A DNA stretch of 63,255 nucleotides, the filler included, from Reclinomonas americana ATCC 50394 (Eukaryota): NCBI GenBank assembly GCA_048213135.1. It is 7 parts of 5 records of this genome, joined end to end, with 100 filler letters (N's around TTAATTAATTAA, not from the genome) between each part and the next. Parts side by side here need not be neighbours in the genome. Positions count along the whole stretch, not along the records: positions 47,947 to 59,564 come from PS015349.1; positions 59,665 to 61,494 come from PS015352.1; 5 more parts are not named here. One strand, written 5' to 3'. The notes beneath the pieces are model-generated. The model had not been told where the DNA came from. It made no database searches and saw only the letters and a list, made by a program, of their open reading frames with translations. Position 1 is the stretch's first letter. Every line of letters starts with the position of its first letter. A program made the translations under genes and the position numbers. Of this stretch, positions 48,045 through 61,594 are shown piece by piece.

Positions 48045-51000
48045 CACCCTCGGTGGACTCCCTCGAGGATCTGGAGGGCTCCATGTCAGGCGACAGCGGC
48101 GACATGCACGTCTACACGGCAGCTGCATGGGCACCGGCACAAGGCCGTCCCAAGATGCTGATCAGAACCGTGCCGCTCGAGCAACCACATGATCTTGCAA
48201 TTGACTACATGGTGGAAGTTGGTGACGGGGACTACCTCGACGACGACGACGACGACGATGACGACGACAGTCACTACGATCAGTTCGGCTACTACGACGA
48301 CCACTACGACGAGGATGACGAGGACATTACGTCCAACATGCACTTCCTCCCGATGTACAGCAATCGGGAGTGAGGAGATACATCAATTTATGTACGCCGG
48401 TTTCTGTAGACCCGCCAAGAAACAGACAAATAGTATTGACCAAAAGCGTGGACTCCCTCCTCCACATATCACAGTGTGCGTCTCTGCTCGGCATGTCGAG
48501 CCCCACAGCAGTTGATGCACGCACAGCGGCATCCGTGCGTTTTCCAGAAATCCCGGTGTGTGTGTCTTATTCCACCACTCCATTCGCGCGCTCTGATCTG
48601 TGTTCCCTCACTCACTCTCCTTCCCTTGCACAGCGCAAGAGCCCCACTTCACCGAATGCTGCGGGCGGCAGCAGCGTGCTGATGCAGTACGCTCCTGCAG
48701 TCGCTGGATTTGTGCCGGCCGGGTGTCGCGATCCTGTCGCATGGGCCGCTCTGCCTGTGCGCGCACTCTCACCGCCTGTGCTGTTCGACGAGCCTGCGAC
48801 TGCCGCTCTCTCGCATCATGCCACCCCCGTCCCTGTGCACTTGGCGATGAATCGTTTCGACGAAATGGTGAGTCGTGCTGATGCACAAGTCGTCGTTTTC
48901 AGCAGCCCTCTCAACACTCTCCTTATGCTTGTGTGCAGTTCTCCGACGAGAGTCGCATTCGACGCCGTGCCTTGGCCGAAACAGGCGTGGAAGACCTGCT
49001 AGCACCGCAGCCTGACATTGTGGCTGCTCTTCGCCGGGAGTTTCCATTGCGACAGGAGGACCAAGTGTTGCGCCTGCATACTGTTTTCGCTGCTACCGAT
49101 TCTTGCTCCTCAATCCTCGCGTCGCCAGTGAGGTACTATCGCACTCCAACGAGACGATCGAGGAGGACGTTGCGCAGGCCACCGCACTGAAGGTGTTGTT
49201 GCAGCGGCTGCAGGAGGTGGAAACAGTGGCGAAGAGCAGCGCGGTACGCGAAACGCATGCGTTTCCCAGCGATGACCGCTCGTGTGGTCTGACAGAGTTC
49301 CATGTGCGTTGCCTACTGTGTGTTGGTATGTTCTCTCGTGTGCAGGATGATTCGGAGAGTGCAGAGACACGGTGAGTGAGCAAGAAGAAGAACTGCAGCA
49401 TTTGTGCTGCTTGCCGCTTACGATCATGCAATCATCACGCAGGATACAAGTGGCGGCGCTGGCCAAGTCATTGGCCCAGCAGCTGCGCACAGAGTTGGCT
49501 GCTGCTTCACCGACGAGTGGCATCGACAAGGTGGAGCTTGAAATCGACATCCTTGCACCGTTCACCACCGAGATGCTGGAACACGTGCGTTTCCTGCATT
49601 CGTTGTCGACCCTCTTGTTTGCGTGCGCGTTTACACCACTGTCGCAGGTCTCGCGCAACTCGCCATCACTCGGAAAACTCGCGAATGTCATCTTTCGCCG
49701 ACTGCAACACCACGTGGAGAACCAGACACGAGTGATCCATCACTTGCAGTCTGCGCCGGGCATCATCGAAACCCACAACCACGCACGCAGTCGTTCACAA
49801 ACGCACAGCGAGTGGTCACCGTCGCATGCTACTCGCCGAGGTCGCACGCATGGCTCGTCTCTGTCGCCCTCGTCACACTCGTCGTCACCTTCGTCGTCGT
49901 CGCCGCCGCCATTGCTGCAGCGGTCACACTCCCTCCACTTGTCGCGCGAGCAGGATAAGCGGCGGCGCGAGATCGACGCACTGAAGCAGACCATCCGGTG
50001 AGTCCTTTTTCTCGCAACAGCAGCCATCACCGTCGCCTTACTCACTTTGCGCAGAGCGCTGGAATTGGAAACAGAGAAATACCGCAAAACCGTGGAGGCC
50101 CTGGTTTCCATCATCGACGATCGCGATAATCAAGTACGAGATCTCGAGGACAGCGTCATCTTCCTGCGACACGCTGCACAGCGAGCCTCCGGACCCCATC
50201 CTGCGGTCGAGCATCTGCAACGCGAGAACGCGCGATACGAGTGCGTCATCTTCCCGTCACCGTCAATCTCCTCTGCCCCCTCTCATTCCTTCTTCGCGTG
50301 CAGGCGGCTGGTGCAGGAGTTGCAGCGACAACGTGCGTGGTTGCAGGCGCAACTGGAGGTGCAGGCATCGCTGGTGCATCGAACGACGACCTTGACCGGC
50401 GAAGCGGACCCTGGCGACAGGCCACCACCGACGCCAACCCTCCCCGCCAGAATACACAGGCATTCGTCGCCGCCTGTCAAGGAGGCAGACGCTCAGCCAG
50501 CTGACAATGTCGATGCGCTCTCGGCGGCGACGTCGGCAGGCCAGAGTGCCAGCGACACGCCCGCCGACTCACCCCGCCCCGAACCCAAGTAAGTCGACCA
50601 TGTTCATGTTTGGTCACAACCCCTCCGCTGACTCACAGCTTGTTGGTGTGCGCAGAGCGATTGAGCGAGACACCCTCGCCGTGCACGTGCCACCAGAGCC
50701 GCCTCGCCAGCAGTCTCCGTCGCGACGAGCAAAGCACTCGGTGCACTTTTCACCGACGACACTGCTGCACACGAGGTCGTCCAGCGTACCACCACCTTCG
50801 GCGACCGCCGGCAACAGTCGAGTGGGTTCTCCGGAAGCTCCGCCGGCATTCGTTTCGACCGCACACCACCCAACCCGGCGCACCACGCCGCCGAGCCGCG
50901 GACGCGGGCCCGGAGGAGCTGGCGGGGAGCGCCAGTCGCGCTACGACACCAAGACTCTCTCAGCAATGCTGGAGGGCGAATGGGCGGACCCGGTGGGAGT

Positions 51001-51070
51001 GCTAGCAGTGGCGGCCACCAAGAGAGTACGAGTAATGAGTCCTCCGAAGCGTACTACGCGACGAAGATGA
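48045..51070 (+). CDS. Multi-exon hypothetical protein with acidic N-region, coiled coils and Ser/Pro-rich tail; 5' partial
   Basis: Chain of ORF segments separated by ~60-100 nt GT-AG introns, e.g. 'RRREIDALKQTIR|RALELETEKYRKTVEALVSIIDDRDNQVRDLEDSV'; early exon phases unresolved. Confidence 0.6.
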
Positions 51071-51138
51071 ACGAATGGAGAAACCGCTAATGATTGTGGA
51101 TGATGAGAGTGGGTTAGTTGTGAGATAAATTAGTTGAC

Positions 51139-54100
51139 TCACAGGTCGTCCAGTTCGGCCAGCAAGCGCAGGTCTTCGGCGGTCAGCGGCTCTGAATCCG
51201 TTCCGACCGCACCCTCACCAGCCAGTACCCTCTCCAACTCGACAAATTCCGAGGTCGTTGTGTTAGACGTTGCCGTTGCCGCCGCCGCATGCGCCGTCTT
51301 GCCGGTCGGAGCGAGTGGCGACAACACCTGCAGGCGCGAGTCGCTCGCCGACACCGCATCACTCGACGAGCTGGTGTGATGGTCGATACTGGATTCGGAC
51401 TTGGGGGTGGCGGAGCGCGCTGGACCTGGCGATGGCGCCGGCACCTTGCTCCGCGACGCCACACGATTGGTCGACGACGGTGTGGGTATGCGCGAGGCAC
51501 CAGGTACCGGGATGCGACTGCGCAGTGGTGTGGCTCCACTCGGACGCGTGTTCTCCTGGTCCTCCCGAGCGCTGGTCGCATCTGTTGCCGGCTGAGGAGG
51601 AGGAGGTGGTGGTGGTGGAGGTGTGGCCACCACAGTCGCTGTCGGCACAGGAGGAGTAGGTGTCGGCACCGACTTGATGGCAACGACAGTGGGTGCCTTT
51701 GCGGACGGCTGTGGCCTCTTCGCGGCAGGTGCCGGAGGAGCCTCCGTTTCGTTGGACGCCGGCGGTGCATCCGTGGCAACAACACTCGGTGCTGATGCCG
51801 CAGCAGCGGTGGTGGTGGTGGTGGTGGTGGTCGTCGTCGTCGTCGTGACAGCAGTGTCGTCGGCAGAAGGGGCGTCAGTGCGCTGCGGCACTTGAGGCGA
51901 AGACGCTCGCCTGGGTGGTGGAATAAGAACCACCACATCGGGGACGTACGGCTGGCGCGCGGCTGAATCGGTCTTGACCACCTTGGGTGCCTTGGGTTTC
52001 GCGGCACGGCCTCGCGGAGGTGCCGCCGTCGCCACCATTGTGGTCGCAGACAGGTCGAGAGACGGGACTACCACAGAGGCTGGCGCGGCATGCTGCAGTG
52101 GCTGTTGTGATGGCTGCGGTGGTGGTGGAGGAGGAGGAGATGGCGTCTGGACAGCCGGGGACTGCGACCGCCGAGAGGCAGCTGCAGGTGGTGCTGTGGA
52201 CCGACGGGGTGGTGGCGGTGGTGGTGACGATCGCGGTGGAGGCGATCGTGATGCAGGAGGTGGTGGAGTCGACGGTGGAGAACCGCTCTTGCTGGGGGAG
52301 GAGTTGAGGTTGACTGCGAAACGCACGAGGGCTCAGTGAGGTCGTGAGGGTGGTATGCACTTGGCAAGCACGCGACATACCCTTGTCGCGCTCAAACTCC
52401 TCCTGTTGCTTCGACAGGAATTGGTTGATGCGCTGCGTGCGTGAAGTGAGGGAGAGAGCACAATTGCCATGAGTAGCAATCCGAGCACACCTCGTCTCGT
52501 CGTCGCCACTTCTCCAGCTCTGCGACCTTGCGCTGCTCCTCCATCTGTCGTTGTCGCTCCTCCTGTTCTTGCCGGAACGCTTTGGCTCGAGCAATGGCGC
52601 TGCGCAGCATGGAAAGATGATTAGTGGTCACCCATGCAACTCTCCCAATCTCAACCAGGCACATACCGCATGCGGGCGATGTTGGCTGCGCGATTCCGCT
52701 CTTCGTCAATCTCGCGCTTCACTTGCTCAATCTCGGCGTCCTGCTGGACCTGCTGAGAGACACCATTTTCAGAGAACAGCAATCAACATTGAGTATGCGC
52801 GCCACCAGCATCCTCGAGACCTGCACATTGAGGACATCGCGTGGATGGATGTTATCGGCTCGCTGGCGCGCAATCTCCGCACGCAGCGAATCCAGCTCGG
52901 CAAGGCGCCGCCTCTTCTCCTCCTCTCGCACCTTTTCCAGGCGTTCCTTTTCTTTCTCCTGGCGCTGCACGTTTTCGAAGAAAAAGATGAGCCTCCACTT
53001 GAGCAACGAGAGCAAGAAGCACATTGTCACACACATGAATCGCCGCAGCCCGACGCTGCGCCAGTCGGCGAGCGGTGTCTGGGTCCAACGCGCGTGATGT
53101 GTCCGAGTTCTGAACAAAAAAAGTGAGTGGCGCGAGATTGCAGCTCCTGCCTCTCTGTGTTCCTGAGCTCACCACCGACAGCATGGAACCACCCGCCAGC
53201 GAGCGACGCGTGGGAGAGATGCTGCCCGACGAGGCATGGAAGCTGGGGCGCGCGTTCTGCGTGCACGACAACATGAGGCGATGAAGCGACGTGCATGCAA
53301 TGCTCTTTCGGCATACCACGGGATCCACGTGCGACGCACTTCGCACCGGAGTAGGTCGACGACGTGCACCGACACTGGCGCTGCGAACAGGCGCACGTTG
53401 CTCTGCAGCTCGCCAGTGAGAACCGAAAAAGTGCGCAACTTCATCATCCGCCCCACGCACAACTCACCAGCTATTCTGTTCTCTCGCTCCTGCACCGCCA
53501 GTCGCGGAGGCGGCCGTACTGCACCTGTGCGTCTCCGTGGTGGAGCGTGGTGCACAATCAACTCCTCATCGTCCTCTCCGTGACCTCCCACCTCCTCATT
53601 TTCACCGTCCCCGTCGTCGCCTCGCTCCCGCGGATCAGAATGCCCCTGCTCTTCGTCGTCGCCATCATCACCAGTCTCCCGATCGTCGTATCTCTCCTCG
53701 TAATCTTCGTCTTCTCCTTCTCCTGCTTGCTCTTCTGGCGACACGTCGCGGACTCCTCGTCGAGGGCTGTCGGCGGACACGGAACCTGAGTCGTTGTTGG
53801 GTGTGCGATCGCCTGCACTCTCACGCTCACTGCGCCACATCCAACAGGTCAGACATGCGAGTTGTCGGCTGGTACACGTAAACTGCGACAAACCTCGTAC
53901 GACCATCATTCGAGGGATCGTCGTCGTCGGGAACAGCGACAATGGGTGACATGAACGGCGGTGGGTGTGGTCGGCGGATGATGGGCTGCGGCTCCACCGG
54001 CTGTGCATCCTCATCAGTGACGACATTGTAGTCGTCGTCATCGCTCATCGTGGGCACTTGCGAAGACAAGCCGTGCTGCTGCATCATGAAGGAGAAATCG

Positions 54101-57100
54101 CGTTCCGGGATCCACGACTGGGACGGTGGCGACCCGTGCTCCGCCGACAGCGCCGTCGTGTCATCCGTACCACCACGTCGACGCTCGTCATCGCCGCCCA
54201 GAGGCAGCTCATGGTCGTTGCTGTGGCCGTCGTGGCGGTGGTCTGTGATTTACGCAAAAATGAGCGAAGAACCAAACATGTGCGGAAAACTATGGTGTGT
54301 ACGCAACAGCTGGGTGGCGGCGACGGTCGCCGAGGGGGCGATGATTGTGCATGTGCGCCATGCAACGCCCGATCCGTCTCACTGGCCTCCAATCGCTGCT
54401 TTTCGGCCATCTTTCGGGCCACTCCCGGACGAGCCGGCGGTGGCGACGACGACGGCTGCGGCACGTGCGCCGGTCTCTTCTTGCCCTCCATCACCACAAT
54501 GGGTGGCGACGACGATGCTTTTGGTGACGGCGCGGTATCGTTGGTCGCCGGTGGTCGGCGCCATGGTCTCACTGTCGCAGAAGCCGCAACAGGTTGGGGA
54601 GGTGGTGGTGGCGGCGACTGCTGCCGAGGTGGTGGCGCCATTTGTTGCGGGGCGGTGGCACGAGGTGGTGACTGTGGTTGCCGCCGCATATCGGAAGGCC
54701 GCTCGTCATTGGTAGGACGTCGTCGCGGCAAGCTGGACGAACGTTCGACCTGGCGCGTCGGCTGCGATGCCGCGGTAGCGACGGAAGGTTGTGCTCGCGA
54801 CCTCACGGCAGCGGCATCCGGTGACACGGCCGCAGAAGCCACCGCCGCTGCGGCCGCCGCGTGCATCGATGCTACTGGTGATGGCGGCGCGGCGGGGGTG
54901 GTGCGCGATGGTTTTCGGGCTCCCACGGCATTGGCGGCTGGTGCTGGAGTCGTGGTTGTTGTTGTTGTCGATACCTGTGCCGCAGCAGGCGGTGCGCGTT
55001 GCTGCTGTTGCTGCTGCTGCGGAGCTTTCGCTACCGCTGGCGGTGCTGCTGCGGGTGCCTGCGTCTGCACACTGACGCTCACCTTTTGCGGTGACACCAT
55101 GGGAGACGACGGTCGCGACGATCGTGTCGACAGCACGCGGCCACTTGCAGAGGCTGCGCGAGGCCGAGCCCGCACCTGCTCGTGCGTGATGACCACACCA
55201 CCGCCGTCGCCGTTGCCGTCGGGGAAGAAGGCCTGCGGTGAGCCATTGTCGCTGTACCGCGACCCAAAGGGCGCAGCAGGCGGCGGTCCCAACAGCTGCT
55301 GCACATCGCGGTCGATAGAGCGCGGTATGGGTGTGGCTCGTTGAGCATTGTACAGGTGAGCCAAGCCGCGTGTGCCGCCTGTCGAGCTCCACAGTGGCCC
55401 TGCGTGTTGCTGCTGCTGCTGCTCCTCCGCCCACCCATGACTCGCCGCGTGCGTCCGAGAGAACGGATCCGGCGGCAACGGTCCAATACCGGGTGGTGGT
55501 GGTGGCGACGAACGCAGCAGTCGCGGGAACGCCCCGAAAATGTGGTCACTGGAGTCGCGATGGTGGCCAATAAACTCGGGACGCTGAGCAAGCAGCGTCG
55601 CGACCGATTGCGCCGCAGGCACCGATGCCGCGGCCGCCGCCACCGCCATTGCAGAATGCTGAGGAGGAGCATTGCGGACTGGGCTTGGCGGCGAGGCCAG
55701 CGCCGCGCGGCTGTGCTCCTTGAAGGGCGTGGAAGAAAACACGTGAACCTTCTCCGCCACTTGGCGGATCTCGTTAAGGAGGCTGCTGTTGACGCCTTCC
55801 ATCTCCTCCACCGTCTGTGAGCGATGGCAAGCGGGTGGGTGGGTGGGTGAGAGTGAGGTTGAAGCACACGGAGAGTGATTGTCAACGCACTTGGCGCTCA
55901 CTGGCCACTTGCTCGGTGAGTTCGCGGAGTTGCTGATGCAGAGCGTCGTGCTCGGCCTGCAGCTGATCGACGGTGACGATGTCGGATTCCAGGGCCTCGG
56001 CCACATCGTCAGCGCTCGACTCCAAACCCAGCGGCGCGCTTCGGCGATCCTGCTCCTGCATGGCGCTCGCCTTGTCCAGCAGCTGCGTGTAGGTGCTCTG
56101 CAGTCGGCGCAACTCTGCCTCCTCGTTGGCCCGCACGTTCTTCAACCGTTGCAGCTCATTCTACATTACAGTGAGCAGGGGTGACGACATGCGCTCGGCA
56201 CACGGCAATCAAACCTTCATGCTGCGCATGTGCGCAGTCTGCGCCTCTAGCCGCTGGAGATTTTCGCGCAACTCCTGCAGCACCTGCTGCAGCTGCACCT
56301 TCTCCTCGGCGATGAATTGCTGTGCATGGGCATGAGAGTTGAGTGCATACGATCAAAGACATGCACGCGATGGATGGCACCAACCTTGGTCTCCCACTCG
56401 TGACGCTCGCCCTCCAGCTTCCTAATGGCCTCCACCTCGTCGGCAATTGCCTTTTTCAGGTGCGTCTCCATCTTGCTCAGCACTTGCAGGTTGCCGGCGA
56501 CCACGGCGTTCTCCGCCTCGGCTTTTCGAAACGCGCCGGGATCCACGGGAACGCGGCCGTCCACCTTGTGCACGTCGGCATACTGCTCGTACCTACGAAG
56601 AGGAAGGCGGACAGGGTGAGCATGTCGGCTTGCAAGCCAATCACCGCTTGGCGATTGCACAGAACCGTTGTTTCATCTCAAACGCTTTCCGCTGCGCGTC
56701 AATGCGCTCCTGCGTTACGCGTCGCAGCTCGCGCTGCAGCGCGGCCACCACACTATTCTTTTCGTCGTTGATCTGATACAACAGGCGTCAGGGGATGCAA
56801 GGGAAGGGGCGTTGAGGGGAAAGCGACGAGTCGTACTCACGTAGCCCTCAAACGAGCGGACCATGGCATCACCATCATGCGGCCGCACCACTGCAGCTTT
56901 CGCGGTCCCCGCCGCGCCCAGCACCAGCGGCGATGGCGGCAGCGATGCAGAGCGGCTGACAGGTGGAGGCGAGCGCGGCGGCTTGCCGAGAGGCGACGCC
57001 CGTGACTGCGAAGTGGGTGATGCACGACTGCCTGCCGCTGCAGCTGCCAGTGCTGGCGAGGAGACTGACACTGTGGTGTCGATGCTCGGCAGAGTGGCAG

Positions 57101-59443
57101 CCCGCCGCCGCACCGAACTGTTGAGCTGCTCCGCAGAGGAGGACGACAACTGATGCACGTCCACCAGCGCCAGCTGCTGCAGCTCGGTGCGCGGCGGCGA
57201 ATGCAGTGGCGGCTTTGGTGGCGGCGCTGGGGACAGGTCGGTCGACGGCAATTGCGACGGCGACACGGCCTCGAGGGTGGTCAGCAGGGACGCCAGACTG
57301 CCGAGCGGAGGCACCATGGCCGCACTGACTTCAGCGGGCGACTGCGCGCCCGAGAAACCCACAGGCGACACCGAACCGCCGTCGTCGCTTGTCTGCAGCG
57401 ACGGAGAGCGATCCTCGCCACGCCAGTGCGGATTCACCAGCACGGGAGAGCGCCCCGACAACAAATCGTCGGGATCGATCTGCAGCTCATCGCCCGACGC
57501 ATTGTCGCCCTGCTCCACCAAGCTATCGCTGTCCTTGGCCGAGGTCGGCGGCGAATCGAATGGCGTACTGACGGCCTCGCCATTGCCGCGCCACGGCGAG
57601 TCGAGGCCAGTCGGCGTCGCCGCACCCAGCAAGATGCTCGGCCGCTGCTGCGGTCGTGAAGGCGCACTGTGAAAATCCTCGTCATCGAATGGCGTCGATG
57701 GAGTGGCGCTGGCGCGACGCGGCGCAGCTGGACTCGCCGACGCCAATGGCGAGGGCGCTTCGGGTTGCAACTCGGCGATCAGCTTCAGGCATTCTCGTCT
57801 GCCCGCGGGTGTGTGAGAAAGCGAGGGAAGAGTGGGGAGGAGGAAAGGAAGAAACGCAACTGCATCTGTGTCGCCTGCAACGCCTCGGCCAGACGTGCCA
57901 GCTGGCGAATCCACGCTGGACCACGCGCAACGATATCACGGAGATGCACCGCCAGCTGCTCCGCCGGCGATGGCGAACCAGCAGCAGCACGACGACTCTC
58001 AACGAGCTTGCGAACGCGCGTAATGACCGACACATTCTCGTTCATCGATCTCCGCTGTACACACACAAGAGATGAACACAGCAGACTGCGTATATAACAT
58101 AAGACAAAATCGCGCACCCACGACAGCATCGCGGCCAATCCCTCCTGTTCCGGCGGCAACAGCTCGCGCACATCCCTCTGCAGCGCCTGCTCAACGATTC
58201 CCAGCTGCTCCTCACTCAACGCCCGCGACATGTGCTTGACATGCATATCGACCACGCGTTTTCGCAACGCGTCCACCATCTCACTCGACACCGCCGACAC
58301 AGACGCAGACAACTCGTGCTCGTATCTCGATTGTCGTCGCAGCTCGTGGGCGAATTGCGTCGGTGCCAGTGTGTAAAGCAACCAGCTGGCGATCAGCGGT
58401 ACTGTAAACAGTTCGTTGGTGTGTTGTGTGCCTGCGTGTGCAGGAAGAAGGGTGTTGGCGGCGATCACGGTCTCCTCCTCTTGTTGTTGGTGTTGATCGG
58501 TCGGCATTGCCGGCACCGATTGGCGAAGTGTGCGCAGAGGGTATGAGGTGACTACCTGTGAGGGGGGAGATGGAGAGTGTGAGTGTGTGAGAGAGTGTGA
58601 GAAAGAGAGTGTGAGAGTACCAGTGTCTCGTGTGAGGTGTTGTCTTCGCGCACGCTCACTGAGCAGTGCTCCTCGGGGGACGATGGCAATCGTCGAATGA
58701 TCAACTGTGTGAGGCAGTGAGCGATGAGAGAGAGTGGAGAGAGGGAGAGAGGGAGAGACCATTGCGATCGCTCTCGTTGCCAACGATCGATGTTCCCGCC
58801 AGAATTCGAGGTCTACAGAACGGCTTTTGTAGGGCTTCAAACAACAACTTTCAGCTGCATGATGATCCATCCTGAGAGAGTACCAGAAACACGAAGTACA
58901 CGAGAAAAAATCGATACAGTCCACACCGTGTTGTCGATCTCGTAGCTCGAGGTTGGGTGGGTTGTCGACTTCGAGCACGGTGGTGGCGGCCGATGACAGG
59001 CTCCCTGGCGTTTCCGGATCCTGGACGGAAGTCCCTGACACGAGAACCGTGATCTCGACACTACTTTGTGACCCTTCCTTCACAGCTGGCACGTCAAGAT
59101 CTCTCGATCCCCTCAGCATTTGCTTATCACGCAGTCCACGATTTTAACAATACAAGCACCACAAAGGTCTTTACAATAAACAACGGCGAAAGACCAGCGT
59201 CATGGCTGCTTGTGATGGTTCGGTTGTGGTGTGAATAACCTCGCCAGCGGCGAGATCCAGGACGAAAAGGCGCTGCGATGCTCGGCGGCGGCCAGCTCAT
59301 TGCATTGCATGAGCGCGTCGAAGAGGCGATCGACCAGCGATTGTGAAAAGTGTGGTTTCTGTTCCAGGAAACCACCTGCGGAGTATTGCCGCGGCACCGG
59401 GCATTGTTCGTATGTTACATCGTTGGGGTGGAAGATGGCCAGC
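51139..59443 (-). CDS. Very large multi-exon hypothetical coiled-coil / low-complexity protein; 5' partial
   Basis: Most exons can be joined in phase from 59443 ('LAIFHPNDV') through coiled coils at 56770-55750 and 52980-52380 to stop 51139 ('LLAELDDL'); could be more than one gene. Confidence 0.6.
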
Positions 59444-59564
59444 TGCAAAAGGGGGAAGGGTGAGGGGAAGGGTGAGGGGAGGGAGAAGGAGGAGGAGAGG
59501 GGGAGGAGCAAGGGGGGAGAGCAAGGGGGAGGAGCAAGGGAGGAGAGCAAGGGGAAGAGAGGGG

Positions 59565-59663
59565 NNNNNNNNNNNNNNNNNNNNNNNNNNNNNNNNNNNN
59601 NNNNNNNNTTAATTAATTAANNNNNNNNNNNNNNNNNNNNNNNNNNNNNNNNNNNNNNNNNNN
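59565..59663. other. Artificial contig-joining spacer
   Basis: TTAATTAATTAA at 59609-59620 within Ns. Confidence 0.97.
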
Positions 59664-61109
59664 NGGGTGTGTGGCCTTGTTCGGCGTGATCTCTCTCTCC
59701 TCCTTCCCTCCCACTCACTTCATCCATGCAGGCCGTGCACGACACGGAGTGTGTGACGAGGTGGTACAATGGTAGCTTGGTTGGTGAATCGTTTTCGATC
59801 CCGACTGGCAAGTCGGAGCGAATCGATTATGCGCGCTCCTTGGTTGCTGCTGTCACTGCCGAGTGACCATGGTGGTGGCCACAGGAGACTGCAGGCACGT
59901 GCGAGGCCAGCAACATACGGTGCGTGTGTGTTCTACACGTGCGTTGAGGAGCAAGTTGGCGAGACTTGGAGATTTGACTGACTCGATTCTGTGCGTGATA
60001 TGAACACAGGCGTGCTGGCAAGTGACTGGCATGCGAAGACACGTGGTTCCGTGCCTTACAGTACATGCATGAGACGATTCACCGACCGAATGTGAGTGTG
60101 ATTGAAGGCACGAAACATTGATTGTGACTTGGGTGAGGGGAGGCAAGTCTCACGCCACCGCTGCCTCTTCCGTCGCTGTGCTACTGTGCTGGTCGTTCCT
60201 CTCTTGTTCCTTGTGACTCTCCTTCTTCATTGTACCATCATCAACCTTGCTGTGGGCTGGTTCAAGGAGGTGTGAGGTTTCGATGACTCCGTGCTCATCG
60301 GTTTCTCGGGTGTGCTAAGCCTGTGTGGCGTCAGTACAATTGCAACAGCTGCACATCCAAGCAGCCCGACATGCCAGTCCTCGTTGAGAGAGAATGCAGA
60401 TCAGTCAAAAGGCAATGTTGCTGAACAGCAGCACGGTGCAGTGGAGCGCCAACCTCGTGTCACCACCACCACGTAACCTTGCATGTCCATTCTGTCGATT
60501 TAAATTTCGCATAGACGAGTCCCATGTCGGTCTTCGAAAGCTCACTCGCATCATGGGAGTCACATCACTCACACACTACCGCATGCTGTGTGGGGTGCTG
60601 GCTGTAGCCTGGCGAGGGATGGACGACGTCTCGGAGCAANNNNNNNNNNNNNNNNNNNNNNNNNNNNNNNNNNNNNNNNNNNNNNNNNNNNNNNNNNNNN
60701 NNNNNNNNNNNNNNNNNNNNNNNNNNNNNNNNNNNNNNNNNNNNNNNNNNNNNNNNNNNNNNNNNNNNNNNNNNNNNNNCACGCACGCACGGAGAATGGC
60801 AACAAAGGTGAATGTGTGCGCACTTTTGCGTGGTCGGTGTCTGTGCGTGCATTCGTGTGCTCGTGCTTGTGTGCGGTCGTTGTTTGTGTGTTTGTGCATG
60901 TGCGTCTCACCACGAATGGTCGGNNNNNNNNNNNNNNNNNNNNNNNNNNNNNNNNNNNNNNNNNNNNNNNNNNNNNNNNNNNNNNNNNNNNNNNNNNNNN
61001 NNNNNNNNNNNNNNNNNNNNNNNNNNNNNNNNNNNNNNNNNNNNNNNNNNNNNNNNNNNNNNNNNNNNNNNNNNNNNNNNNNNNNNNNNNNNNNNNNNNN
61101 NNNNNNNNC

Positions 61110-61494
61110 ACAGATCATTCAGAGTCTCGCTTCCTCAGTGAGGTCCGTCGCCGTCACTCCCGATTGCCAGCACATTGTTAGCGGGAGCTGGGACTGCACA
61201 GTGAGAGTGTGGTCTCTGGCGAGTGGCAAGGAGGTGCGACGGCTGGAGGGACACGCTGGCGGGGTGTACACTGTCGCCGTCACAAATGATGGTCAGCACG
61301 TCATCAGCGGCGGCTGCGACAACACAGTGCGGGTATGGTCAATAGCGAGTGGCGAGGAGGTTCGACGATTGAAGGGACACTCCCGGGAGGTGCAGTCAGT
61401 TGCCGTCACACCAGATGGTCATCACATCGTGAGTGGCAGTGGGGATAGCACAATTCGGGTGTGGTCACTGGCGAGTGGTGAGGAAGTGCGTAGA
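61110..61494 (+). CDS. WD40-repeat fragment (3 repeats), same repeat family as 22768 and 34580
   Basis: 'VRSVAVTPDCQHIVSGSWDCTVRVWSLASGKEVRRLEGH..'; bounded by gaps. Confidence 0.85.
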
Positions 61495-61594
61495 NNNNNN
61501 NNNNNNNNNNNNNNNNNNNNNNNNNNNNNNNNNNNNNNTTAATTAATTAANNNNNNNNNNNNNNNNNNNNNNNNNNNNNNNNNNNNNNNNNNNN
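61495..61594. other. Artificial contig-joining spacer
   Basis: TTAATTAATTAA at 61539-61550 within Ns. Confidence 0.97.

Noticed and set aside
59664..60920. Short ORFs in contig 6 before the WD40 fragment
   Set aside because: Fragmented by gaps; no supportable product.
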